Source: an uncultured Oligoflexus sp. (GTDB lineage: Bacteria > Bdellovibrionota_B > Oligoflexia > Oligoflexales > Oligoflexaceae). From it: a stretch of 64,000 nucleotides of DNA. The DNA is taken from the NCBI GenBank assembly GCA_964236955.1, contig CAXSGP010000006.1:1-64000 (forward strand). The letters run 5' to 3'. Both the position numbers and the translations under genes were made by a program. The notes under the pieces are model-generated. The model worked only from the letters and a program-made list of their open reading frames with translations. It did no database searches and was not told the origin of the DNA. Position 1 is the first letter of the stretch. Every line of letters begins with the position of its first letter. Shown here piece after piece: positions 39,309-49,283 of this stretch.

Positions 39309-39617
39309 AACTTTCTCCTCGCGTCTTAGTGGGGCGCTTCCGTGCGGCCATCGCACGATTGTCGGCAAAGGCCTTACTAGGATCAATGGTTATAAATACT
39401 TAAGTTTTTTAGGGTCCAGCGTTCTTAGCCGCCCAAAGGCTTACCCGTCCATGATACAATAGTCAGCGCACCTTGGACCGAAGGCTAGATTTCATCTGCG
39501 ATTGCGCATGGTGACCTGAGGATGTTAAAAATCGGAGCGGGTCTCTCCTCGCCTCCTTTATGAGCAGAAAAACGTATTTCGCAACCATGAGAGCGTGGGT
39601 CAGCAAAGGGCGATTCT

Positions 39618-40586
39618 TTGAAAGTTGTGCATCATAATTCTCTCGATCCAATTGAAGGTTTCACAGGGGCGAGTTCTCTCACCATAGGCAACTTCGATGG
39701 TTGTCACCTTGGCCATCAAAAGTTGGTAAGCGTAGCCCATTCGCTCGCACGGCAGCAGCAGCTCCAGACTGTTGTGTTAACCTTTGATCCTCATCCCCGC
39801 GAATTTTTTATTCCAGACGTATCGGTGCCGCGCTTGTTTCAACCCGAACAAAAGCTTAGGGCCCTGGCTGAACTTGGTGTCGAAACGGTAGTGATTCAAA
39901 CATTCGACTACAGTTTCAGTCAACTCCCACCAGGCGAGTTTTGTGCCAATCTTTTGGCGGGAAAACTTAAGACTGAGGCCCTTACCGTTGGTTATGACTT
40001 TCGTTTTGGCAAAGGCCGAACGGGTACGATCAGCCATCTTCAGCAGTATCTGCCCGATTGCATTATCACAGAGGTTGGCGAGATTAAAATTGCTGAGGAC
40101 ATCGTCAGCAGCAGTACGATTCGTAAACATCTGCAAATGAGCCAGATTCAGGTAGCCAATCAGCTCCTGGGCCGCTCTTATCTTTTAGAAGGCACGATTC
40201 AACGGGGCCGCCAGCTGGGGCGGACCATTGGCTTTCCGACAGCCAATATCGAGGTTAAACTGCAGATGCTGCCGCAAACCGGAGTCTACTGTGGATGGGC
40301 TATCCTGGAAAAGAACGCCCCTATCTTTAGAGTTTCACCAGCCCGAATCCCTTGCATTATGAACATTGGCTATCGTCCTACCATAGCGCAAAGCGAGCCG
40401 CAGCTTTTAGTCGAAACCCATCTGCTGGCAGGCACCTATGGACAAGACAGCCTTTATGAGAGTCCCATCAGTATTTACATTGAGGATCACCTGCGCGGGG
40501 AGCGAAAGTTTGCTTCGCTCGATGCCCTAAAAGAGCAGATTGAGCTTGATTGTCGGACAGCCAAGTTGAAACTCGAAGGTCTTTAG
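39618..40586 (+). CDS. ribF: Bifunctional riboflavin kinase/FAD synthetase
   Basis: IGNFDGCHLGH, TFDPHP, VGYDFRFG, SSSTIR, GFPTAN and ETH motifs. Confidence 0.97.
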   Translation: MKVVHHNSLDPIEGFTGASSLTIGNFDGCHLGHQKLVSVAHSLARQQQLQTVVLTFDPHPREFFIPDVSVPRLFQPEQKLRALAELGVETVVIQTFDYSFSQLPPGEFCANLLAGKLKTEALTVGYDFRFGKGRTGTISHLQQYLPDCIITEVGEIKIAEDIVSSSTIRKHLQMSQIQVANQLLGRSYLLEGTIQRGRQLGRTIGFPTANIEVKLQMLPQTGVYCGWAILEKNAPIFRVSPARIPCIMNIGYRPTIAQSEPQLLVETHLLAGTYGQDSLYESPISIYIEDHLRGERKFASLDALKEQIELDCRTAKLKLEGL

Positions 40587-41956
40587 AGAGCTGGTCGTGG
40601 ATTTGCCGATACTTCCAGTATCGTCGCCTCTGATATCGTGCCTGCGTCCCAGTCGATTTTAAAGCGGGCAAGCCGCAATTCACGATCGCCGGTAACCACA
40701 GATTCCAGTGCTACAACCACAAATTCACCATCAAAGCCCACAAACTCGCCACGCGCCGCGGTGGCATCGAATTGTCTTGGGATCGTACCGATCGGATTGT
40801 CGATCAGGCTGCAGGGATTCGTGATGATTTCAGTCCAGGCCGGTTCACCGGTCTTTCTGGCTGGTACCCAGCTAATAACCTTGGAATCACTCTGCCGAAT
40901 CAGCTTTTGCATCGGGATCTGCACACTGCCGCCAGCACAGGCATAGCTATCGAGGCCACTGGCCAGCAGGACTTGCCCATCAAGACTTCCACTCAATTCA
41001 GAAAGCGTAAGCGATTCGCTGGCAAGGTAGGCTTCGGCCGTCCAGTTGTAAGGCAAAGCCGCCTGAAAAATATCGTCCTGCTTAATCTCTTCAAGGACCA
41101 CGGCCATGTCCGCAGCTGCCGTGCCGACGGCAGGAGCCGAACCCTGGCGTTTTCTGGTGCGGGTCGTCGTCAGGGTTTTCGCTGTAAACAGGCCGGCCTT
41201 ACTTACAAAATAGGGGCGCTCGATCGACTGCCGACTTTGGCTCAATTGGCCATTGCTCGTCACTGTCCAAGTTAACAGTGCCGGATCATAATTTTGAACT
41301 GTTACGATTTGATTCAAGGCATCTGTTGTCGTGAGGGAGACGAGTTGCAGCTTCCCATCGATAAGGATTAAGTCAGCCTTTTCCTGATCGCTGAAACTCC
41401 CGATTTCACTTAAGTTGATTTGGCTGCCGTCGAAGGCCAGTTTGAGAACCTTTAAAGTCTTTGCGGTACCGACCCGTTCGACGTAAGCAAGATAGTCATC
41501 GGAGCCTTTGGCAAAGCTCAGCTCGTTGAGCGCATGACCGGCTGGCAAATCTATTTTTGCCAGGACAGGGCCCGAGCCTTGTACGGCGTAGAGCTGGGTT
41601 AAACCCGTGGCAAGCGTCACGCGCCCCATGGCCGACCAAAGTCCGCTGGCACTGATAGCCGCAAGAAATTCTTTGCCTTCGCTTGGAACCAGGGCAAGCT
41701 TATCGTCGAGACGGAAAAGTTGGTTTGGAGCAAGACTTGCGTCATACCCATAAACATGGGCGAGATCGGCGTCGCGCTGCGAAATAAAAACAGCTTTCTT
41801 GCCATCCTGGCTATAGCTGGCGGCAAAATCTTCAAAATTTAACTGCTTCTCGATTTCGGCCGTGGCGATCGGTCCCTCGGTCGTCTTAGAGGTCGTGCCA
41901 CCACATGCGGACAGAACAAGTGCAAGCGAAACGATCCCTAGCGTATTGCGTATCAT
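40583..41956 (-). CDS. Lipoprotein with a TolB/PD40-like beta-propeller start
   Basis: Lipobox LSAC; ASYSQDGKKAVFISQRD repeat-like motif. Confidence 0.7.
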   Translation of the reverse strand: MIRNTLGIVSLALVLSACGGTTSKTTEGPIATAEIEKQLNFEDFAASYSQDGKKAVFISQRDADLAHVYGYDASLAPNQLFRLDDKLALVPSEGKEFLAAISASGLWSAMGRVTLATGLTQLYAVQGSGPVLAKIDLPAGHALNELSFAKGSDDYLAYVERVGTAKTLKVLKLAFDGSQINLSEIGSFSDQEKADLILIDGKLQLVSLTTTDALNQIVTVQNYDPALLTWTVTSNGQLSQSRQSIERPYFVSKAGLFTAKTLTTTRTRKRQGSAPAVGTAAADMAVVLEEIKQDDIFQAALPYNWTAEAYLASESLTLSELSGSLDGQVLLASGLDSYACAGGSVQIPMQKLIRQSDSKVISWVPARKTGEPAWTEIITNPCSLIDNPIGTIPRQFDATAARGEFVGFDGEFVVVALESVVTGDRELRLARFKIDWDAGTISEATILEVSANPRPAL

Positions 41957-42085
41957 GGAGGCTATTCCTAAATGGGCGACCGGAGTCGGTATATTATTCC
42001 TATGGGCAAGCCAAGCTAAAAGGGCTATCCTCGATGATCAGTACTATTAACATAGCTTTCAGCAGACACGGCACCCATTATAATC

Positions 42086-44323
42086 ATGAACTCTGAAAAA
42101 TTGCGAAAATTAAACAATACCGACGAACACTACCTCAATCGCGAGTTGAGCTGGCTTGCGTTCAATCAAAGGGTTTTGGACGAAAGTCGGCGAGATCGTA
42201 CACCTCTCCTTGAACGCGTCAAATTCGTAACAATCTTTTACTCGAATCTTGATGAATTTTTCATGGTCCGTGTGGCTGGTAAAAAGCGGGCGATCAGGGA
42301 GGGCGTGCGCCAAGTGGACGAGACCGATCTCAGTTCGGTCGAAGTCACGCTGGAAGCGATTCATGCCAAGGCGCGCGAGACAGTCGCCGAACTCTATACA
42401 ACCTTTCAGCGCTCGCTCCTGCCCCATCTTGCCCAGGGCAATATCCACCTGCACCGCATCAATAAATTAAGCGACACCCAGCGCTCGGCGCTCTATCAGT
42501 ACTATAAACAGTCGGTGCTGCCCGTGCTGACTCCACTGGCCGTTGACCCGGCGCATCCTTTCCCCTTTCTGGGCAATCGTAAGCTCTACCTCCTCGTTGC
42601 CTTTCAAACCAATTCCCATGCCCATCCATCGGCCGGAGCCAATTCGCCAACGATAGCCTTTGTCGAGGTCCCGGGGGTTTTATCACGTCTGATTCCCGTG
42701 AATATGGAAGCCCCCGGACACAATTACGTCTTGCTTGAAGATCTGATCAGCGAGCATCTGGGTGAACTGTTTTTTGGGTTGCCCATGAAGGCCGCCTTTC
42801 CCATTCGCGTGACACGAAACCTCGACATCACCCTCCTCGAAAGCGAGGTCGTCGATCTTTTGAGTTCGGTGCAAAGCGAGGTCAAGGCCCGCGAGCAGGC
42901 CGAAGCGGTGCGCTTGGAATATGCCCCCGATCTGCCGCGCGAGTTGCTGGATCTGCTTGAAAAAAAGCTGGGCCTCGAGGATGTCGATACCTATGAATGC
43001 CAGGGCCCTCTCGCACTTGCCGACTTTTCTGCTCTGTACGAACTGAACGGCGAAAACTGGAAGTACCCGGCTTTCAACCCCCGGCTGCCGCAGCGCATGA
43101 AAGGCAATCGATCGATCTTTTCCCTGATTCGCGAAGCCGACCTTTTGCTTCATCATCCCTTTGATAGCTTTTATGCCATCATCGAACTGCTGCATGAAGC
43201 GGCCTGGGATGCCGATGTGCTGGCTATCAAGCAAACCCTTTATCGGACGTCAGGCGACTCTCCCATCATCGACGCTTTGATCCTGGCTGCGGAGCAGGGT
43301 AAACAGGTAACCGCTGTCGTCGAACTTAAAGCCCGATTCGACGAAAATAATAATATCGTCTGGGCGCGGCGTATGGAACGAGCCGGCGTCCATGTCGTCT
43401 ACGGCTTCATCGGCCTCAAGACTCACTCAAAAATGACTCTGATCGTGCGCCGGGAAAACCGCCGTCTGGCGCGTTATGTTCACCTCTCCACCGGCAACTA
43501 CAACTCGACGACCGCCAAGCACTATGTCGACATCGGCTACATCACGGCCAAACCCGAGTTCGGCGATGACGTGACGCTGCTTTTTAATATTCTCACGGGC
43601 TTTAACATAATGAATCGGGCCGAGTCCGAACTTCAGCCTATACCCTCGCCGATGAAAGCACTGATTATTGCACCACTCTATATGCGCGATGCATTGATCC
43701 ACCTTATTCAAAGGGAGATCGATGAGCAAAAAGAGGGGGGCAAAGGCCTGATCGTGGCAAAGATGAATGCCCTGGTCGATCGCCGGCTTATTGATAAGCT
43801 CTACGCGGCGTCCCAGGCCGGCGTCGAGGTGCGGCTGCTGGTTCGCAGCATCTGCTGCCTGAGGCCTGGGGTGCCGGGCCTCAGTGAAAACATTCAGGTG
43901 CATTCGGTGGTCGGCCGTTTCCTTGAGCATTCGCGGGTCTTTTACTTTCGTCATAGGGGCAAGGAAGAAGTCTATCTTGGCTCAGCTGACTGGATGCCGC
44001 GCAATATGGACCGCCGTATTGAGGTTGTCTTTCCCATTGACGATCCCGCTGCAAAACGGCAGATCATCGAAGACATTCTGCCTATATACTGGGCCGATAC
44101 GGAAAACACCTGGCAACTCGACGCCACAGGAGTCTATCACCGCTGTCCGGCTCAGATTCCCACTGTGGATTGCCACCAAAAGTTCATTGAAATTGCCAGG
44201 GAACAGGGTATCAAGTCTCTGCCTTACGACAAGGCGATCCGTCACGATCTAAAGTTGAAGGGCCGACCCATCGTCGGCAACCGTGCCAGCGCCTCCAAAC
44301 AAAAGGACACGAAAAAAAATTAA
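42086..44323 (+). CDS. ppk1: Polyphosphate kinase 1
   Basis: NRELSWL.FN.RVL, NLDEFFMVRV, HPFP, ELKARFDE, KTHSK and GSADWM.RN motifs. Confidence 0.98.
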   Translation: MNSEKLRKLNNTDEHYLNRELSWLAFNQRVLDESRRDRTPLLERVKFVTIFYSNLDEFFMVRVAGKKRAIREGVRQVDETDLSSVEVTLEAIHAKARETVAELYTTFQRSLLPHLAQGNIHLHRINKLSDTQRSALYQYYKQSVLPVLTPLAVDPAHPFPFLGNRKLYLLVAFQTNSHAHPSAGANSPTIAFVEVPGVLSRLIPVNMEAPGHNYVLLEDLISEHLGELFFGLPMKAAFPIRVTRNLDITLLESEVVDLLSSVQSEVKAREQAEAVRLEYAPDLPRELLDLLEKKLGLEDVDTYECQGPLALADFSALYELNGENWKYPAFNPRLPQRMKGNRSIFSLIREADLLLHHPFDSFYAIIELLHEAAWDADVLAIKQTLYRTSGDSPIIDALILAAEQGKQVTAVVELKARFDENNNIVWARRMERAGVHVVYGFIGLKTHSKMTLIVRRENRRLARYVHLSTGNYNSTTAKHYVDIGYITAKPEFGDDVTLLFNILTGFNIMNRAESELQPIPSPMKALIIAPLYMRDALIHLIQREIDEQKEGGKGLIVAKMNALVDRRLIDKLYAASQAGVEVRLLVRSICCLRPGVPGLSENIQVHSVVGRFLEHSRVFYFRHRGKEEVYLGSADWMPRNMDRRIEVVFPIDDPAAKRQIIEDILPIYWADTENTWQLDATGVYHRCPAQIPTVDCHQKFIEIAREQGIKSLPYDKAIRHDLKLKGRPIVGNRASASKQKDTKKN

Positions 44324-45896
44324 CCGGCTAAATTTCCAACCAAAAAATCCTTTGGCCGTGATTGATCTCGGGTCTAACACCTTTCACCTTGCGATTACCA
44401 CCCTCGATGAAGATGGGCATATCCACGTCATCGACACGCAAAAGGATCACATCCGTCTCGCCGAGATGCTTGAGGACGGCTATATTCCTGCCAAGCTCTT
44501 TAAACGCTCGGCCGAAGCCCTTCTCGCTATGAAAAGCATCGGCCAGAGCTATCACGCTCAGTTTCGTCTGGTCGCCACGCAGGCGATTCGTTCCGCTCAC
44601 AACCGCCTGGCCTTCATCGAACACATTCGTAAGGCAACGGGTCTCGATCTGGAAATCATCGATGGCGTCGAAGAGGCCCGACTCTCCTTTTTGGGAGTGA
44701 TTCAAGGTTTGCATTTTGCCGATGAGCCCGTGATGACAGTCGACATCGGTGGCGCCAGCACGGAAATCGCCTGCGGCATCGCCAGTGACTGCAATTATCT
44801 TTCGTCCCTTAAAATCGGTGCCCTGCTCCTTTCCAAACGCTTTCTCTTTGCCAAAGATCTCAAAGAGGCGGCAATCGTCGAGCTAAAGCAGACGGTCGAA
44901 GCCCGGCTTTTACCCGTGCAGGACGATCTCCTTAATTTTCCCATCCAACATGCAGCCGTGACCTCAGGCACCGCCAAAGCCATTGCCCGCATGGTGCATT
45001 GGGATAAAAATCAAGAGGAGCTTGATGATCCCCATGGCTATCTGATCACGGCCGAGGAACTTTTTCGCATTGAAAAAGAACTCAATACGCTGAGAACATC
45101 GGATCGCATTGCGCTACGCTGGAAGCTTGAAATGCGGCGGGCCGATATTATCCTGGCTGGCGTTGCCATTCTCGCTCAGCTGACGCGTATCCTCAATATT
45201 CCGCGCTGGAAGGTCTCATCGAGTGGCCTTCGCGAGGGTGTGGCGACCGATACCTACGAACGCCAGGGTCTTTTGTCTGCCAATAAATGGCAAGATTTAC
45301 GCTGGCATACGATACAGGGCCTTGCCAAAAAACTCAGTCTCGATCCCAAATTTGCGATGAGTACAAGTCAGCTCGCCACGCAAATTTTTGATCGCTTTAT
45401 AGCCTACGACGAATTTAAGCTGCTCTGCAAAAATGCCAAGATCGACCGCGACATCCTTAAGGCTGCCGCCTATCTTTTAGAAGCCGGAAAGTTTGTCAAC
45501 TTCAGCAGCTATCACAAGCACACCTATTATCTGATTACCGAGATGAACCTTTTGGGCTTTACCCAAGAGGAAAAGCATGTGATCGGGCTGGTCAACCGTT
45601 ATGCCCGAAAGGCGCCGGCCAAACACGGCAAGTCGGATGCATTGCCCTATCTGGAAAGAAACTTCAATCGCATCAGCCTGCTCTCGTCGTGTCTCCGTAT
45701 AGCCCGAAGTCTGATGCGAACGCGTCAGATCAAAACCCATGACTTTAACGTCCTTAGAGTCCACAATCGCTGCACACTCGTCTTAAAGGTCGATCAGGAT
45801 CAAAGACTTGACGCTGAAAAAATCGCACTGCAAAAAGAAATCAAAAACCTGGAAAAGGCGCTGCAAGTCGAAGTCGACTTTCGCCTGGAAACATAA
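44283..45896 (+). CDS. ppx: Exopolyphosphatase Ppx/GppA (start uncertain, possibly TTG near 44351)
   Basis: AVIDLGSN, EEAR, DIGGASTE, RADII and GLREG motifs plus an HD-like C-terminal domain. Confidence 0.93.
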   Translation: MPAPPNKRTRKKINRLNFQPKNPLAVIDLGSNTFHLAITTLDEDGHIHVIDTQKDHIRLAEMLEDGYIPAKLFKRSAEALLAMKSIGQSYHAQFRLVATQAIRSAHNRLAFIEHIRKATGLDLEIIDGVEEARLSFLGVIQGLHFADEPVMTVDIGGASTEIACGIASDCNYLSSLKIGALLLSKRFLFAKDLKEAAIVELKQTVEARLLPVQDDLLNFPIQHAAVTSGTAKAIARMVHWDKNQEELDDPHGYLITAEELFRIEKELNTLRTSDRIALRWKLEMRRADIILAGVAILAQLTRILNIPRWKVSSSGLREGVATDTYERQGLLSANKWQDLRWHTIQGLAKKLSLDPKFAMSTSQLATQIFDRFIAYDEFKLLCKNAKIDRDILKAAAYLLEAGKFVNFSSYHKHTYYLITEMNLLGFTQEEKHVIGLVNRYARKAPAKHGKSDALPYLERNFNRISLLSSCLRIARSLMRTRQIKTHDFNVLRVHNRCTLVLKVDQDQRLDAEKIALQKEIKNLEKALQVEVDFRLET

Positions 45897-45907
45897 AGAC
45901 GACGATC

Positions 45908-46921
45908 ATGAGTTCATATAAGGCTTATCAAAGCCAGTTGCAAAAAGCGCTCGATCCGACGCATCCGCACCAGCATCCCCTTATCGTCCTTAAGGGTAGC
46001 TCCGACTTTATCTTAAACCTCACCAGTATCGCCCTTAAAGCCCACTGGCAGGCAAACGGCTGGGATACCGAACGCATCGACGGCGCCAGCTTTAACGGCG
46101 AGCGTTTTCTCCAGGCTACCTCGACTCGCTCAATGTTTGAGCCGCAGCAGCTCACGATCGTCACGCAGGCGTTTGCAAGCCCCGATCTTTTCGATTGCTT
46201 AAAACAGCTCGAATCGACAAAAAGCATCATGCCAGCGCTCTGCCTGATACAGGGCGGCGAAGTGCCCGCTAAGTTTCAAAAGGAATTGAGCCGCCTCGGC
46301 AGCTTTATCTTGAGCTGTGATGAACCCGCTCCCTGGGAGGCCAGAGATTTTCTCCTCGATCGCTGCCGGGTTCATCGCCTGCAATTGTCGGCAGAGGCGA
46401 CCACTGACTTTTTAGATTCGACGGGCGCCGATCTTATCAAGATAGAAAATGAACTGCGAAAACTCGCTCTTATCCTCGCCGATAGCAAAGGCCCGATCAG
46501 CGTCGAGGCCCTTCGGCCCCACCTTGATTTTTTGCGCGAGGACCATGCCTTTAAAATCGATCAGCTGCTCTGCCAGGAGGCTTATCCCCAGGCTCTGCTG
46601 CTGCTCAAGGGGCTGCTGGATCGTGGGGAAAGTGGGTTGGCCGTATTGGCCATTCTCGCAATGCACTGTCGCAAGGCGATACAGATTCAGGCCGGTTTGA
46701 AGTCGGGGCAAAGCCCGGCCGATCTCAGTCGCGAGCTGCGACTGCCAAGCACCGTCGTGCAAAATTATCTGCCTTATATACGGAAGCGCAGTGCTGTGGT
46801 CTTTCAGAGGGCTTTGAATCTTTGCCATGAGGCCGACCGCCGTTTAAAATCGGTCCGCTACGGCGAGCAGATCTGGCTCGATCGCATCGTCTGGGAGCTG
46901 ATGCCGAATCCTCAGGCTTAA
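45908..46921 (+). CDS. holA: DNA polymerase III subunit delta
   Basis: SMF, GADL..IENELRKL and the C-terminal ADRRLKS pattern. Confidence 0.8.
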   Translation: MSSYKAYQSQLQKALDPTHPHQHPLIVLKGSSDFILNLTSIALKAHWQANGWDTERIDGASFNGERFLQATSTRSMFEPQQLTIVTQAFASPDLFDCLKQLESTKSIMPALCLIQGGEVPAKFQKELSRLGSFILSCDEPAPWEARDFLLDRCRVHRLQLSAEATTDFLDSTGADLIKIENELRKLALILADSKGPISVEALRPHLDFLREDHAFKIDQLLCQEAYPQALLLLKGLLDRGESGLAVLAILAMHCRKAIQIQAGLKSGQSPADLSRELRLPSTVVQNYLPYIRKRSAVVFQRALNLCHEADRRLKSVRYGEQIWLDRIVWELMPNPQA

Positions 46922-47700
46922 GCCTTAAGGCCGCCATTTTTCTGGCGAGGCGAAAGAGTGAGGATCTCGATGGTCCAATCGCTACGAATGGCCAGCGTAT
47001 GCTCAAATTGAGCCGACAGCGAGCCATCGATAGTCAGCGCCGTCCAGCCATCCTTCAGCAGCTTGGTTCGATAATTCCCCTCGTTGATCATAGGCTCGAT
47101 CGTAAACACCATGCCGGTCTCAAGGCGTTGGCCCCGACCTTTTTCACCATAATGAAAGATCTGCGGATCTTCGTGAAAGACCTTGCCGATGCCATGGCCG
47201 ACAAAATCGCGGACGACTGAGTAGCCGAGCGCTTCGGCGTAAGTTTGGATCGCGTAGCCAATGTCGCCAACCCTGGCGCCCTCGCCGACCGCTGCAATTC
47301 CGCGCTTGAGGCATTCTTCGGTCACCTCGACGAGTTTACGGGCCTTTTCCGAGACGTTGCCCACCAAAAAGGTGCGCGAGCTGTCGCCATGGTAAGCATT
47401 GATGATAGGCGTGACATCAATATTGATGATGTCTCCATCTTTGAGTTTGGCCTTGGCCGAGGGAATGCCATGGCAGACGACGTCATTGATCGATGTGCAC
47501 ATAGACTTGGGATAACCGCGGTAGTTGAGGGGAGCCGAGATTGCGCCGCGTTTGCTGGTGTAGCTATGCACGATGTCGTTGAGTTCCAAGGTTGTAATAC
47601 CCGGCTTCACATGGGCTTCGATCATATCCAGCAGTTCACCGGCAAGCTCGCCGGCAGGCCGCATTTGATCAATTTCCGCATCGGTCTTTAGGTATATCAC
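46918..47700 (-). CDS. map: Methionine aminopeptidase type I
   Basis: CTSIN.VVCHGIP, NIDVT, GDSSRT, GHGIG, TIEPM and AQFEHT motifs. Confidence 0.98.
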   Translation of the reverse strand: MIYLKTDAEIDQMRPAGELAGELLDMIEAHVKPGITTLELNDIVHSYTSKRGAISAPLNYRGYPKSMCTSINDVVCHGIPSAKAKLKDGDIINIDVTPIINAYHGDSSRTFLVGNVSEKARKLVEVTEECLKRGIAAVGEGARVGDIGYAIQTYAEALGYSVVRDFVGHGIGKVFHEDPQIFHYGEKGRGQRLETGMVFTIEPMINEGNYRTKLLKDGWTALTIDGSLSAQFEHTLAIRSDWTIEILTLSPRQKNGGLKA

Positions 47701-47724
47701 GTATTTTCCTCTGTTTTTAGGAGC

Positions 47725-49224
47725 CTATCTTTCAAAAACCCCGCGAATCCAATCCGGATTGCGGACGCTGATGACCTTGGGCGCGGCCATGCCTTTGCCG
47801 TAGTGCATACAACTTTTATGCTGGACTAGCACGGAAAAAGGTTCCTTTTTATAAACCAAATCATGAATCGTCTCAAGCCGCGTGAAATCAGGTTTCGCCT
47901 GGGTCAGGCTTAGATTGTAGCCGTCGATGGCGGCATCGATTTCTTGAAAGTGATAGGCCCAGGGCCAGACCGTTGCGCTGCGTTTGCTATGCAGAATCGA
48001 CGCTAAATCATTTTCCGGCCAATTTCCGGCAATTCCGGCCAACATTCCATCGGCATATTCCCCAGGGTTCACAATCTTCAGCTTCATACCCAAGGCCCGG
48101 AAGCTATCGTCCAGCACCTTGCGTAAAAGGCTTGAGTCCCGACGGCGGTCGGTGGCTATGGAAATTTCCAGAAGCTGCCCATTTTTGCTGCGCCGATAGC
48201 CATCGCCAGCGGAGCGAATGAGGCCCATTTGATTGAGAATAAGGTCAGCCTTTTTGAGATCATAAGGCAGGACCAGCAGCGATTTTTTGTAACCGGGGTG
48301 AGCTCTTAGAATAGGTGCCGAAATCAAATCCCCCAGCGAGCCCGCACCAGCCCTAAGCAGGGCTCCACGCGGAAGGATATAGGTCAGGGCCTTGCGAAAC
48401 AGCTCGTCCTTCGTATAAGGCCCCTCTGGGTTCCAGGCTATCATCGTCATGACCGGCAGATCGATCGCCGCAGGACAGGTGATTTCCTCTTCGATCTGCC
48501 GTTCCCAAGTCCGCGGATGCATCTCCTCGCCAAAGCGAAAGCTCACAAAAGTGTTCGGTGAATTGAGAGCGGTATTGCCGACCGGATTGATAAGGAGAAA
48601 CTGCCGGGCTTTTCCCACCACCTTTCCCCCAAGACCCAAACCCTCGGCCCTGCGCTCAGGCTTTAAACTGCCCACACAATCGAGTCCAGCCACGCCGCGC
48701 CGAAAGAAAGGCAGACGATTGAGAATATAGGGGCCAAAGACCGGAGCCTTGTCCCAGACCAGCCGAACCGTTGCATCTTTATGCTCAAGGGTAAACGCTG
48801 GAAGTTCCCAGCTGTCGTTGCCGATTCGTTGGACCAGGGCTGGCAGCTCGTGCCTTAAAAAATCCTCGAGATCCTGAGGCTCAACGGCTTTTCCACTCCA
48901 CCATTGCAGCGATGGTTTGAGTGTCATGGACCACAGCGTTTTTTCACTTTGCAGCCGCGTGAGGAGCACTGGCTCCGAGACCCCTGACTGGAGGTTTAAA
49001 CGGGTGAGGGCGGGGCAGACATAGGTTCCCATTATGGCGTCTTGATTCAATACGATCTTGTCCGGATCGCTGGCTGAGAGCGGCCACCCATAAACCATGA
49101 GCGGTCTTTCCCTTGCGAAAAGGTCGAGTCTGGGGGCAAGATAAGCGAGGCCCATGGCGAGGAGCTGACGCCGCTTCGTAGAGCTATGAAGAATAGACCA
49201 AGACATAGGAGCCAACCTCGGCAA
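47725..49224 (-). CDS. Divergent family-5 solute-binding-like protein with a possible Tat signal
   Basis: KRRQLL N-terminus; L...WWSG..V...D, FRKAL and YDLKKA.LIL..MG..DG motifs typical of peptide/nickel SBPs. Confidence 0.6.
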   Translation of the reverse strand: MPRLAPMSWSILHSSTKRRQLLAMGLAYLAPRLDLFARERPLMVYGWPLSASDPDKIVLNQDAIMGTYVCPALTRLNLQSGVSEPVLLTRLQSEKTLWSMTLKPSLQWWSGKAVEPQDLEDFLRHELPALVQRIGNDSWELPAFTLEHKDATVRLVWDKAPVFGPYILNRLPFFRRGVAGLDCVGSLKPERRAEGLGLGGKVVGKARQFLLINPVGNTALNSPNTFVSFRFGEEMHPRTWERQIEEEITCPAAIDLPVMTMIAWNPEGPYTKDELFRKALTYILPRGALLRAGAGSLGDLISAPILRAHPGYKKSLLVLPYDLKKADLILNQMGLIRSAGDGYRRSKNGQLLEISIATDRRRDSSLLRKVLDDSFRALGMKLKIVNPGEYADGMLAGIAGNWPENDLASILHSKRSATVWPWAYHFQEIDAAIDGYNLSLTQAKPDFTRLETIHDLVYKKEPFSVLVQHKSCMHYGKGMAAPKVISVRNPDWIRGVFER

Positions 49225-49283
49225 AAAGCAGCGGAATGGAATGGGCTAACGAAGACCTGCTGTCGAGAATTTAAGGGGGGTTC

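Noticed and set aside
39460..39617. FMN riboswitch, SRP RNA or 6S RNA
   Set aside because: The RFN and SRP motifs are absent on both strands, and the pairing is too irregular to call 6S.
44319..44353. ATT start for ppx overlapping the ppk1 stop
   Set aside because: Canonical GTG (44283) and TTG (about 44351) alternatives exist, so it cannot be decided from sequence alone.
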